A stretch of DNA of 64,000 nt from Octopus vulgaris (GCA_951406725.2 OX597833.1:40238001-40302000); one strand, 5' to 3'; positions 11,838 through 23,835 are shown, counted from the stretch's first letter. The notes: a model not told the origin generated them from the sequence alone. Made by a program: numbers and translations.

Positions 11838-12318
11838 CATTATTATTATAATTATTGAATGAGAGAGAAATGCATGCCATCAAAGTGACACTGGGGTAAA
11901 ATATACGAAGCCCAACATACCCATCATGACTACCTGTCTGATAAGGGTACACCAGGCACATGCATCACAACCATATGTGTGAGACATGGTGATAAGACAA
12001 ACAGCACATGACCTTGCAGGTGGGGCCCAGTTAGAATTTTCTTCTGGTCAAGTAACCCATCCCACTCAAAAGGTCCTTGAATAAGGGTTTTTTAAGGGTG
12101 TTGAACGAAACACCCATGTTTCCAGAGGTGAATTATTCAAACCCCAAAGAATGCCTCTCAACACATGGCTATGATGCTCCCCCACTACTTCCGCTCGTGA
12201 TCAGAGATGCACATATCGTCAGCCACTAAGGGACATGCTCAACTGGTTAAGGTCAAACAACTGACAAGCAAATCTGTGGTATTGAGTAGAATATTTGCTG
12301 TAGCCCATCTTTTATATC
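11838..12318 (-). mobile_element. Unclassified retroposon-like repeat with a (TAA)n tail
   Basis: GC-richer block starting at a (TTA)n run. It resembles an octopus repeat I recall, but there is no second copy in the window to confirm it. Confidence 0.4.
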
Positions 12319-12424
12319 ACAACCATATGTGCTAGCAATTTCAGGGGAGGGGGTAAGTGGATTACATCGACCCCCAGGGTTCAACTGGTACTTATTGTAT
12401 ATATATGTGTGTGTATACTTTTAT

Positions 12425-12613
12425 ATTCTTATACTTGTTTCAGTCATTTGACTGCGGCCATAGTGGTGCACCACCTTTAGTCGAGCAAATCGACTTCTTT
12501 GTAAGCCCAGTACTTATTCTATCAGTCTCTTTTGCCAAACCACTGTTACAGGGACGTAAACACACCAGCATCAGTTGTCAAGCAATGTTGGGGAGACAGA
12601 CACAGACACACAA

Positions 12614-12653
<40 letters not shown>

Positions 12654-12825
12654 ATATACATATACGATGGGGTTCTTCCAGTTTCCATCTACCACATCCA
12701 ATCACAAGACTTTGGTCGGCCCGAGGCTATAGTAGAAGACACTTGCCCAAGGTACCACACAGTGGGACTGAACCCAAAACCATGTGGTTGGTAAGCAAGC
12801 AACTTACCACACAGCCACTCCTGCA

Positions 12826-12828
<3 letters not shown>
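12425..12828 (-). mobile_element. Family A SINE
   Basis: Reverse-complement match to 17573-17986. Confidence 0.9.
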
Positions 12829-12892
<64 letters not shown>

Positions 12893-12904
12893 AAAAAATA
12901 TATA

Positions 12905-13383
12905 TGGAGCGCTAAGAGCACCTGGAGTGCTAAGAACACTTTGAGTGCTAAGAGCACCTGGAGCGCTAAGAGCATGATCGTTGCCAGAGCAGCAAACTGT
13001 CTTCCGTGCCAGTGGCACATAAAAAGCACCATTTGAGTATGATCGTTACCAGCATCACCTTACTGGCACGTGTGCTGGTGGCACATGAAAAAAACATTCG
13101 AGCAAGGTCATTGCCAGTGCCGCTGGACTGGCTCCTGTGCAGGTGGCATGTAAAAAACACCATTGAGCATGGCTTTTGCCAGTACTGCCCGACTGGCTCT
13201 CATGCTGGTGACACGTAAAAGCACCCACTACATTCTCAGAGTGGTTGGCATTAGGAAGGGCATCCGGCTGTAGAAACTCTGCCAGATCAGTTTGGAGACT
13301 GGTGCAGCCATCTGGTTCGCCAGTCCTCAGTCAAATCGTCCAACCCATGCTAGCATGGAAAGCGGACGTTAAACGATGATGAT
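12905..13383 (+). mobile_element. RTE 3' UTR-only element with four ~65-bp structured units, preceded by an 18-bp x4 repeat
   Basis: gagcgctaagagcacctg x4 (12908-12975); four gtgcNggtggcacgtaaaaagcacc-type units; ends gttaaacgatgatgatg. Confidence 0.85.
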
Positions 13384-13989
13384 GTTTATGTTCAACGATG
13401 ATGATGCTTCAGGTTCCGTCTACCAAATCCACTTACAAGGCTTTGATTGACCCAAGGCTATAGTAGAAATCACTTGCCCAAGGTTCCACACAGTGGGACT
13501 GAACCCGGAACCATATGGTTGGGAAACAAGCTTCTTATCAAACAGCCATGCATGCTTGTCTCACCCTCTCTCACAGAGTGTTTTAGTATTTTCTGTTTCT
13601 CTATTTTCTAACCTCTCTCCACCACTTCCAATTATCCTCCCTCCCTCTTTCCCTCTCTCTTTCTCTTTTTCTCTTCTCTTTCTGTATGTATGTGAATGTG
13701 TGTGTGACTGTATGTGTGTGCATGTGTGTGTGTGTGTGTGTGTGTATGTTTGTGTGTGTGTGTGTTGCTCTAGTGCTCTCTGTACTTTTAAGCATCTATC
13801 TGTCTCCAGGCATCTCCACACCCTACTACCCCCAATTTTTAGTACACCACCATCGCCACCACCCAGTTTCTTCTACCCAGGTGTTAAATATGTCTATTTT
13901 ATCTCACACCTGACAATCAGGAGAATTAAAATAATTTAATGTAAAAATTGAGCTTCATTGATTTATTTTCTTTCTAATAAAACACTTCT

Positions 13990-14499
13990 GGATGGTGGTG
14001 GGGGTTGTTGTTGTTGGTGGTGGTTGTGGTGCTGGTGCTGGTGCTGGTGCTGGTGGTGAAAGGAGGTGAAAATGGTGGTTGTGTTGAGGGACCACAGTAG
14101 GAGGATGATCATCACAAGTGAGGTAGAATAGTCAATGTAGTGAATTTATTGGTTTTATATGTGATGGTGGAGGTGGTGGTGGGGATGGTAGATGTGGCAG
14201 TGGCAGCAGCATTGGTAGCAGCAGCGGTGGTAGCAGCAGCAGGGGTAGCAGCAGTAGGGGTAGCAGCAGCAGTGGTGGCGGTGGTGGTGGTGGTGGTGGT
14301 GGTGGTGGTGATGGTGGTGGTGGTGGTGGTGGTTTTGTGATTATCCCACTTAATTGTGACTTGTAGATCTATCCAGATGCTAAAATAAATATGTCATCTC
14401 ATCATCAACATCATCATCAGCATCATCAGCATCACCGCCACCATCAGCAACAGCAGCATCATTATTATAATCATACCCACTACCACCACCACCACCACC

Positions 14500-14587
<88 letters not shown>

Positions 14588-14715
14588 CTACCACCACCAC
14601 CACCGTCACCACTGCCACTGCCGCCACCGCTGCTGCTACCACTGCTGCCACCACCACTGCTGCCACCACCACTGCTGCTACCACCACTGCCACCACCGCT
14701 GCTATCATCATCATC
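13990..14715. repeat. Opposed (GGT/GCA)n and (CAT/CAC/CTG)n trinucleotide tracts
   Basis: Visible directly; this is the source of the poly-His, poly-Met and poly-Val ORFs. Confidence 0.95.
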
Positions 14716-14939
14716 GTTGTTTTAATGGGTCACATTTTCCATGCTGACATTTTGCAATATCTATAAGTTTCAATATCTGTAATTTCACAATAATCAAGCA
14801 CAATCCACAATTTCCAGTACCATAAGTGTATCAAGTTGCTCTTTCCACCATATTCTTATTTCAGTACAGAGACATGTTCAGTTTTCGAAGAAATTGGGAG
14901 AAAGAAGCAGAGGTAACTCAATCTTTTGATTTGGCACGT

Positions 14940-15610
14940 TGTCGGTTACAACGACAAGGGCTCCAGTTGGTCTGATGAACAGAACAGCCTGCTCATAAAA
15001 TTAACGTGTAAGTGGCTGAGCACTCCACAGACATGTGTACCCTTAACATAGAACTTTGGGAGACTCATCATGACACTGAATGTGACAAGGCTGGCTCTTT
15101 GAAATACAGGTACAACTCATTTTTGCTAGCTGTGTGGACTGGAGCAATGTGAAATAAAGTGCCTTGTTCAAGAACACAACGTGTCACCAGGAATTGAACT
15201 CATGACCTTGCGATCAAGAACCAAATACCCAAACCACTAAGCCACTTGCCTTTGATCTAATGAGCATGTATTGAGACCTCCTTCTGTCATGTTTGACCGT
15301 GGGATTGCACCTAGAAAGTTACCCTCCCAGGCACAAGTCCAGGCAAAGTTGTTTATGGAAGACCAGCAGTCTCCCATGCATACCAGCCTCCCCTCTCCAC
15401 ACCACTGATGTTATCCAAGGGGAGGGCAAAGGGGCCGATACAGCTTGGCACCTGTGACATCGCAACTCATTTCTACAGCTGAGTGAACTAGAGTAATGTG
15501 AAATAAAGTGTCTTGCTTAAGAACGCAACACGCAGCCCGGTCCAGCATTCGAACTCACAACCTCACAATCATAAGCTCAACGCTCTAACCACTGAGCCAT
15601 GTGCCTTCAC
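14940..15610 (-). mobile_element. Two adjacent CORE-like tRNA SINEs (family C variants)
   Basis: Reverse tRNA heads at ~15190-15250 and ~15545-15610; shared tgaaataaagtgtcttgct; homologous to 54621-54925 and 28049-28380. Confidence 0.85.
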
Positions 15611-15687
15611 TTGAGCATGTATATTAGCTATGTATATCAACATATTTATTGTGAGTACCTCATAATTTACTTTGATACTATCTATAG

Positions 15688-16200
15688 ATGTTGTGGCTTA
15701 GTGGTTAGAGGTATTCAGCTCACAAATCTAAGGTCATGAATTCAATTCCCAGCAATGCATTGTGTCATTGAGCAAGTCACTTTATTTCATGTTGCTCCAG
15801 TCCACTCAACTAGTAAAAATGAGTAGAACCTGTAGTTCAAAATGGGTCCGCTATGTCACATTTTGTGTCATGCTGAAGTTCTCTAAGAACTACGTAAAAC
15901 CTTTAGCATTTGGATTACTCTGTCAAATAGAATTCTTATTTATTCTTATTCTTTTGAATTAATTATGCATTATCTTGTAACTTTGAGATTTCAATGATAT
16001 GATTGTTTATTTCCAAAATAATACTGTAAGGTAAGTATGACAGGTGAGATTTGGCCAGTTTGAACATAAAACAGGTAGAATATTTTGGCTGGATATGGCC
16101 GGTTTAAATGTTAAAGGCTTAAGAGTGCACATGTCTGCAGAGTGTTCAGCCACTTGTACATTAATTTCATGAGTAGGCTGTTCCACTGATTGGAGCAATT
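15688..16200 (+). mobile_element. Family C SINE interrupted by a piggyBac-like MITE
   Basis: tggcttagtgg A-box and ttgagcaagtcactttatttc; the SINE resumes after TTAA at 16119-16122. Confidence 0.8.
15899..16118. mobile_element. piggyBac-like MITE (second family)
   Basis: Imperfect TIRs acctttagcattt / aaatgttaaaggc; flanks TAAA and TTAA. Confidence 0.7.
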
Positions 16201-16317
16201 GGCATTGATTGGATCAATTACTCATCATTGTAACTGATGCTGCTCAATATATATGTCATCACTTTATATTTGATTTCATGAAACCTTTCAAACTCAATAA
16301 AGAAACCACCATATATG

Positions 16318-17430
16318 GATCATCATCTGTGTCTGCTTTCTATGCTGGCATGGGTTAGACAGTTTGACTGAAAACTGGTAAGCTGGAGAGCTGCACAAGG
16401 TTCCAGTCTGATTTGGCAAGGTTTCTACAGCTGGATGCCCTTCCTAGTGCCAACCACTCCAAGGGTGTAGTGGGTGCTTTTTACATGCCACCAGCATGGG
16501 CCCCAGTTACATAACACCAACATCAGCCACAACTACGACCTTACTTGGCTTGACTGGTCTTCTCAAGCATAGTATTGAGTTGTCCAGAAAGTTCGTGTCA
16601 ATTTATAGTAGCTTACCTTTTGACTTATTTTAGAACATGGTTGAGTCCATGAAATAGTATTTGACTACACCTCCATTTAGAGCACAGCTTAAGCTATCTT
16701 TTTGTGGAAGAAGGCTTCTGTTCCTATAACCTGTGTTAATTCTGTAACCCTTTAAAATGGAAGTTCATTTTCAGCACTTGACACTTTGGAAACCAGACAA
16801 AAATTGCTGCAGCTCAGCTGGGATGTGTTACCCCACCCTCAATGTTCACCAGATATTGCTCCTTTGGATTTCCACTTATTCAGGTCTCTGCAGAATAGTC
16901 TTAATAGTAAAAATTTCAATTCCTTGGATGACATAAAAAGATACCTTGATGAATTCTTTGCCATGAAACCACCACAATTCTAGGAAGAGGGTATTTTCAA
17001 GTTAAAGGAAACATGGTGACGTATTGTGCAACAAAATGGTTCATATTTGGTTGATCAAAAATGTAATGGCAAGCATTTATTGACCTTTTTCTTTCCTTTA
17101 AAGATTGGCACGAACTTTCCGGACAACCCAATATATTGCCTAAGGTCTCAGCCACTTTTCACTGTGTCTGTGAGGCCCAAAATTTGAAGGATGCTTTTTA
17201 TGTACCTCTGGCACGGGTGCCAGTTATGTGATGCTAGCATTGGTCACGACTATGATTTCACTCGGCTTGACAGGTCTTCTGAAGCGCAGCATATCACCCA
17301 ACACTCTGACATGAGTGCTGGTTACATAACACTAGCATCAGTCACAACTGTGATTTCACTTGGCTTGACAGGTCTTCTCAAACACGGCATATCACCAAAG
17401 GTCTCAGTCACTTGTCATTGTTTCTGCAAA
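16318..17430 (-). mobile_element. RTE 3' UTR fragment split by a mariner insertion
   Basis: Family 3' end at 16318; tctcaagcatag|...|tattgcctaaggtctc rejoins across the mariner. Confidence 0.8.
16575..17131 (+). mobile_element. Internally deleted mariner transposon
   Basis: TA TSD; ~30-bp TIRs ttgagttgtccagaaagttcgtgtcaat / attggcacgaactttccggacaacccaa; peptide WDVLPHPQCSPDIAPLDFHLFRSLQN matches the mariner YSPDLAP.D motif. Confidence 0.92.
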
Positions 17431-17572
17431 GCTGGGTAAGAATATAAAAGAGATTTGATTTAAACATCACCATAAACACCAGCCTATTATTTGCCAGCAT
17501 TTTAGGCATTAGACAAGATTTGACCACAAACATCACTTTAGAGAAAGCCAAATGAGGAAACCATATACATAC

Positions 17573-17986
17573 AGGTGCAGGAGTGGATGTGTGGTAAGTA
17601 GCTTGCTTACCAACCACATGGTTCCAGGTTCAGTCCCACTGCGTGGCACCTTAGGCAAGTGTCTTCTTCTATAGCCTCGGGCTGACCAAAGCCTTGTGAG
17701 TGGATTTGGTAGATGGAAACTGAAAGAAGCCTGTCGTATATATGTATGTGTGTGTATATGTTTGCATGTCTGTTTGTCCCCCCAACATCACTTAACAACC
17801 AATGCTGGTGTGTTTACGTCCCCGTAACTTAGCGGTTCGGCAAAAGAGTCCGATAGAATAACTACTAGGCTTACAAAGAATAAGTCCTGGGGTCGATTTG
17901 CTCAACTAAAGGTGGTGCTCCAGCATAGCCACAGTCAAATGACTGAAACAAGTAAAAGAGTAAAAGAGTAGAGAGTAAAGAGAGTA
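17573..17986 (+). mobile_element. Family A SINE, full length
   Basis: Head, CORE-like segment, internal (TG)n and (aaaagagt)n tail. Confidence 0.9.
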
Positions 17987-18237
17987 TAATTAAAAATTAA
18001 ATTAATCATAATTAAAAACCTTGTAGATGCCATGAGTAGTGAAGTTCCCATTTTTACCTCTGACAGAAATATTTTCAACTGGGTTGCCTTTGCTATAACA
18101 TTGCAATAACAAAAAGTGGCTTTAACAAATACACTGATATGGAAGACTCTCCTTTTTATGTCAGAATTATGAAGAGGAAAGGAATTTGATTCAATCCACC
18201 AGTCAATGTGAATGTAGCATCCAACACAGCCAGAAAT

Positions 18238-18422
18238 GGTGTGTGTGTGTGTGTGTGTGTTTGTGTGTGCATGTGTGTTTGTGTTTGTTTGTATGTGTGT
18301 GTGTGGATGTGTGTGTGTTTGTATGTGTGTGTGTGTGTGTGTGTATGTGTGTGTGTGTGCATGTGTGTTTGTGTGTGTTTGTGTGTGTTTGTGTGTGTTT
18401 GTGTGTGTGTGTGTGTGTGTAC
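18238..18422. repeat. (TG)n microsatellite
   Basis: Visible directly. Confidence 0.95.
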
Positions 18423-18964
18423 AATCCTGGTTTTGCTACTTCTACACTTTTGCAGTTGTTGTTGCCATCACTGATGCAACAGCCATACCAAGTGATGTTT
18501 TTGTTTAGCCCCAGGTCAGCTTTGACCATGTAGACAAATAATCAAATGGCACTTCAATTATGACCATCCCTATCAAGTTGTTTTCAAGCATAGTGTATCT
18601 AGGACCATAACATCTAATGTGTCCTAGTTTTCTGTTTTTTTAGATTACAAATAGTAAGCTGAGGAAGATTTAGGTGCTATTTCTAACAGATTGAATAACC
18701 ACATATATATTATTGCTGCTGTTGATGACATTACTGCTGCTGCTGCTGTTGTTGTTGTTGTTGTTGGTAGTGGTGGTGGTGGTGGTGGTGGTGGTGGTGG
18801 TGTCTTTGTTGCTATTGTTGTTTGTTGTTGTTTTTATTGTTGTTACTGTTGTTGATTATAAAATATACATAATGTTTAATTTCCAAAATAAAGAGACTGA
18901 ATATCTTTGCCACATCAAGCGCTGTGTGGGTGGAATGGTTCAGGGTTGTGTAGCTGGCTGTAAT

Positions 18965-19040
18965 TTAGTTAATCAAAATTTAACCAATCAAAATTCAACC
19001 AATCAACGTTTAGCCAATCAGAAATTCAACCAGTCAAAAG
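18965..19040. repeat. 15-16-bp tandem repeat carrying CCAATCA
   Basis: ttagttaatcaaaat / ttaaccaatcaaaat / tcaaccaatcaacgt / ttagccaatcagaaat / tcaaccagtcaaaag. Confidence 0.8.
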
Positions 19041-19285
19041 TGAGCTAACTATTTTGTAGGTCAATTACATTTCAATTTGATTTCTGCCGTAGAAAATTGG
19101 AAAAGAGTCAAGCTGATAAAATTGTTTAAAATGAGGGAAAAATGCATATAAACATGTACACTCTCTTCTCACATGTAAACACACATGCACACACATGCAC
19201 AAATAACGTAAATAAACATGTATGTGTATATGTGTGTGTATAGAGGGAGAAAGCGAGAGGAAAAGAGATGTATAAACACAGGCAC

Positions 19286-19316
<31 letters not shown>

Positions 19317-20212
19317 ATATGTATATACATATATGCACACAGACAAATATATATACATGAACGTGTATATACACACAAACACAACTATACATGCATATAA
19401 ATACATGTATGTGTGTATTTACAAATATATGCGTGCACACACACACACACATACACATACATGTGTACATGGGCTTACACATAATATTTAAAATTACATA
19501 ATTATATATATGTATGTATATGTGTGTGTTTCCATATATATATATATAATGTGTGTGTATATATTTATATCATCATCATCATCATCATCATTGTTTAACA
19601 TCCGTTTTCCATGCCAGCATGGGTTGATATATATATAATGTGTGTGTGTTTGTATATATATATATATATATATACAATGTGTGTGTTTGTAGATATATAT
19701 ATATGTAACTGTGTGTGTGTGTGTAAGTGAAATATTGTCAAATGGTTAAGAAAACTTGGTTTGCATCTTCAGGGTAGTGATTTCAATTCTGTTGCACAGA
19801 AACATCATTTTGCATAACCTTAGATAAACCCATAAATTATGCATTGAACTGGGTAGATGGAAACTGTAATGAAGCTCATTGAATAGAATATACTTTTAAT
19901 TTCTTTAAATCTATTCTTTCTTGCAGGATCATTTAGTTTCCATATCTTCCTACTCCTTGTAAGTCTTTTGGTTCTCTGTCTAGGACATTTCTGTGTGTGT
20001 GTGTGTGCATGTGCGCATGTGTGTGTGCATGCAAGCGAGTGTGTGTATATGCATGTGTGCATGTGTATGTGTGTGTGTAAGTATACACACATACACACAC
20101 ATACAGACGTATGTGACCTCATTAGTTTCTTCATCCTAGATTTACACAAAATGAAGTTCCTTTCAACTAGCCTTGGCCTCTATAAGTATGATGTGTTGGC
20201 AATATCAAGAAG

Positions 20213-20596
20213 GGCATAGGAGTGGCTGTGTGGTAAGTAGCTTGCTTACAAACCACACGGTTCCAGGTTCAGTCCCACTGCGTGGCAACTTTGGGCAAGT
20301 GTCTTCTACTATAGCCTCGAGCCAACTAAAGCCTTGTGAGTGGATTTGGTAGACAGAAACTGAAAGAAGCCCATCGTATATATGTATATATGTATGTGTG
20401 TGTGTATATGTTTGTGTGTCTGTGTTTGTCCCCCCAATATTGCTTGACAACCGATGCTAGTGTGTTTACGTCCCCGTAACTTAGTGGTTCGGCAAAAGAG
20501 ACCAATAGAATAAGTATTAGGCTTACAAAGAATAAGTTGTGCTCCAGCATGGCCACAGTCAAGTGACTGAAACAAGTAAAAGAGTAAAGAGAATAA
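20213..20596 (+). mobile_element. Family A SINE
   Basis: Matches 17573-17986 with an internal deletion. Confidence 0.9.
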
Positions 20597-20639
20597 GGGC
20601 AAATAGTCACATGCTTAGAAAGAGCCTCACCAGTCCCAT

Positions 20640-21033
20640 GAATTCCCTTGAACTGAGGGTCACAATAGAAACCAACCTGAAAACTGTGGGTTTCCTTGAT
20701 GTGACTGAGCCCAGTGGCTATAGACCCATTAGGAATTCAAATGAGAAGCTATTGTATATTAACACTGATTTTTGTCATCCAGGCATAGTTTTCAAGACAC
20801 TGGTAAAGGGTGTCAGCAGAGGAATCTCCAACTTATCTTCAAGCAAAAAGATTTTTGATGCCGCTACCTTACACTATACACTATAATGAGGCTCTGGCAG
20901 CCAGCAGTTTCAAGGACAGAATTAGGTACATGCTGAATCCAGACCCTAACTCCTCTGAGAGAAAGCATCACCAGAAAATGTTATGGTTCACACCACCCTT
21001 CTCTTTAAGTGTTAAAACTCGAGTAGGTAAGAG
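20640..21033 (+). pseudogene. Penelope-like element RT/thumb fragment
   Basis: TIETNLKTVGFLDVT...LLYINTDFCHP...ISNLSSSKKIF, then after a frameshift YNEALAASSF...WFTPPFSLSVKTRVGK. This fits the Penelope FLDV / YIN..SNHP / WFNPP.S..VKT..G pattern. Confidence 0.85.
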
Positions 21034-21039
21034 CATACT

Positions 21040-21870
21040 ACTTCTATTCCTCTCTAGTCTATGCATGTCTTCTACATTCAGGGCCCATATCTCACTACTA
21101 TGGAATATAGCCGTTCATACACAAGCATCATACAATCTACCTTTCACTCTGAGAGAGAAAGTCCTTTTATTGCCAACGAGGTAATACCTCTCTGAAACCT
21201 CCTCTATCTTTTTCTTATTCTAGAAACAATACTTTCAGAACATCCCCTACCATTGCTAATTTGGTCACCCAAGTAACAGAAACTATCAAGAACTTCAAGA
21301 GAGCTTCCTGGGCATTTAATAGAGCCTAATTTCTGTGTGCTCTTAGTGCCACATGTGTCACAAACGAAGACAACTTTATCTGTTAATCTACCTGTGATTC
21401 TACTACACCTCTTATGTGTCCATAGTACTTTTCTACATACTGAGCAGGGCCATTTACCTGGTGGCAAGAGAATCTTATCTGCTTTCTTGCTAACAACAAC
21501 TTTTATCTTCACTAAGTTAACTTTAAAGCCCTTTGATTCCAGGTTTGCTACCATACCTGGAATTTCTTCTCCAGTTCTGCTACAGATTCTGCAATAAGGG
21601 CGTGGTCATCAGCATATAGTAGTTCCAATGGGCATCCAGTTTTGAATTCCCCTGTTATGGTCTGGATGACTATGATAAATAATATGGACTGAGAACTGAG
21701 CCATGGTAGACCCCTGCTTGTATGCTAAATTCATCAGCCATTGTATTCATGGCTGACTCTCACCCTACAGACAGCACTGCCGTACATGTCTTGTACAGCT
21801 CTAAGAAGCCACTCATCTATTCCTAACTTCCTTAGAGACCACCAGATAAAAGCTTTCTGCAGGTTGACAT
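21040..21870 (-). pseudogene. RTE LINE RT fragment (diverged subfamily)
   Basis: Minus strand EFKTGCPLELLYADD (~21605-21650), WPCSVCRK..WTHKRC, LEVLDSFCYLGD. Confidence 0.9.
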
Positions 21871-22037
21871 ATATTTATTAATATTTAGCGGAAGCAACAG
21901 AATGACTCAAGGGCTGAGAATTTCATGCACTAGCACTTATCAAACTAGTTACAGATTGAAGCATTGTGAATTTATTTACCAGTGATAATAATATTTCCCT
22001 GGATAGTTCTGGAACAATTCATAAAAACAATTACAAT

Positions 22038-22515
22038 GAAGGTACATGGATTAGTGGTTACACTATTTAGTTCACGATTGTAAGGTCATGAGTTTTGATT
22101 CCCAGCAACATGTTGTGTCCTTTAACAAGACACTTATTTCATGTTGCTTCAGCAAACTCAGCTGGCAAAAATTAATTATATTTATAATTCAAAGAGGCCA
22201 ACCTTGTCACATTCTGTGTCACACTGAATCTCTCTGAGAACTACATTAACCCTTTTGTTACCAGCCTGGCTGAAACCGCCTCACAATTTATGTTCCTAAC
22301 ACTAGCTGAATGATAACTAAGTTATTTTACTAAATTCTTTGTTATATTTAAAGTAATTCAAAGAAACACAGAGCATCTCAAAATAAATACGGTAACGAAA
22401 GGGTTAAGGGTATGCATGTCTGTGGAATGCTCAGCCATTTGCATGTTAATTTCACAAGCAGCCTGCTCTGTTGATTAGATCAACTGGAACACTCATTACC
22501 ATAACCAATGGAGTG
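22038..22515 (+). mobile_element. Family C SINE interrupted by a piggyBac-like MITE
   Basis: Homologous to the uninterrupted copy at 54621-54925. Confidence 0.8.
22250..22403. mobile_element. piggyBac-like MITE (same family as 9878-10100, inverted, internally deleted)
   Basis: TTAA at 22246-22249 and 22404-22407; TIRs cccttttgttacc / ggtaacgaaaggg. Confidence 0.9.
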
Positions 22516-23399
22516 TGCCAGATTTACATATGTGTGTGTCTGGGGTGAAAGGTGTATGCCTTACTATTTTTCCATGATAAATAATTTTTGTGTAATACAT
22601 AATTGATTATTGATCATTTTCACTAGATTCATTGTAACCATATTTACTTTTATTTCACATTCCTTCATTTCTTAATATAAAGCGGTCAAGAGAAAGAAGG
22701 GTAAAGGAAAGCAAGATTTTTACTGCTTACTTTCAGTCATAGAAAGAACAGTGATGTTATTTTCTTTGTATTCTATTATTTTCAAGAAGGGGGTGTAAAA
22801 AAGAGGGACAAGGCAAAATATGAAATATGAAAATATGAAAAGAAAGAGAAAGTCAGAGAAGGCAGATATTTTGCTGCTTGCCTTTCAAATGTGTTAAGTT
22901 GTCAACAGAAAGCAAATTTTTTACTGCTTGCTTTCAGTCATAGTAAGAGCAGTGACCAAGAAAGAGAAAGACAGTAGATATTTTGCTGCTTGCCTTTCAG
23001 CCATGTTAAACCAGCAGACACATTGTTAACTTTTTTTATCTCTTGAAGTGAATGACTTTCCTGAGGCTTTCCTCATAGTCGGACAGATTTAGATGAGAAA
23101 TGCATATTTAGTCGGTCTACAAGTTTGTTTTATTGCTTTCTGATATATTTCGTTTGATTATTTGGTACCAAAGAGTACACATTTTATCTTCTATCTTCTA
23201 CTTATTTCAATCAGTAGATTGTGGCCATTCTGGGGCACCACCTTAAATAATTTTTAGTCTAATGTGCCCCAGTACATTTTTTAAAACCTGATGCTTATTC
23301 TTTTGATCTCTCATACCGAACTGTTAAGTCACAGGAACGTAAACACACCAATGGCAGTTGTCAAGTGTTGGCGAAGGACAAACATAGACACAACGACAC

Positions 23400-23439
<40 letters not shown>

Positions 23440-23644
23440 TACACTTTTCATGGAAAAGGGGGGATGGAACACATGGAACCCCACTCCACAACCTCAGTGG
23501 GGATGGGGTGGGTGGACTGCATGCCCTAGTTTCCTAGTCACTCTTCACACTGGTGTGTGTATCTATATCTATCTATCTATCTATCTATCTGTGTGTGTGT
23601 GTGTGTGTGTGTCTGAGAATGTGTGTGCGTGTGTGTGTGTGTGT

Positions 23645-23835
23645 GTATGCAACATATCAGGTATTGAAGCCATCCTCATCAAAATACACCTTAGATGATC
23701 AGTCATCTCAATGTATGAGTGATATCAGAATTCTGAAGCAACATTTCTTTGACCATTTCCAAACAGGAAGGTCAGTTGGAAGGCCACTCTTGTGCTTCAA
23801 AAACAAACTAAAAGACAGTCTGAAGCAATGCAACA
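23645..23835 (+). pseudogene. RTE (BovB-like) ORF C-terminal fragment
   Basis: GIEAILIKIHLR and MSDIRILKQHFF...GRSVGRPLLCFKNKLKDSLKQC resemble IEA.L...LRW.GH..RM.D.R.PK...G.P..RFKD.LK.SLK. Confidence 0.7.

Noticed and set aside
12995-13230. CRISPR-like array of gtgccggtggcac repeats
   Set aside because: The intervening sequences are mutually homologous, and the array is part of an RTE 3' UTR.
14391-14747. Poly-His protein
   Set aside because: (CAT/CAC)n microsatellite with no unique coding content or splice context.
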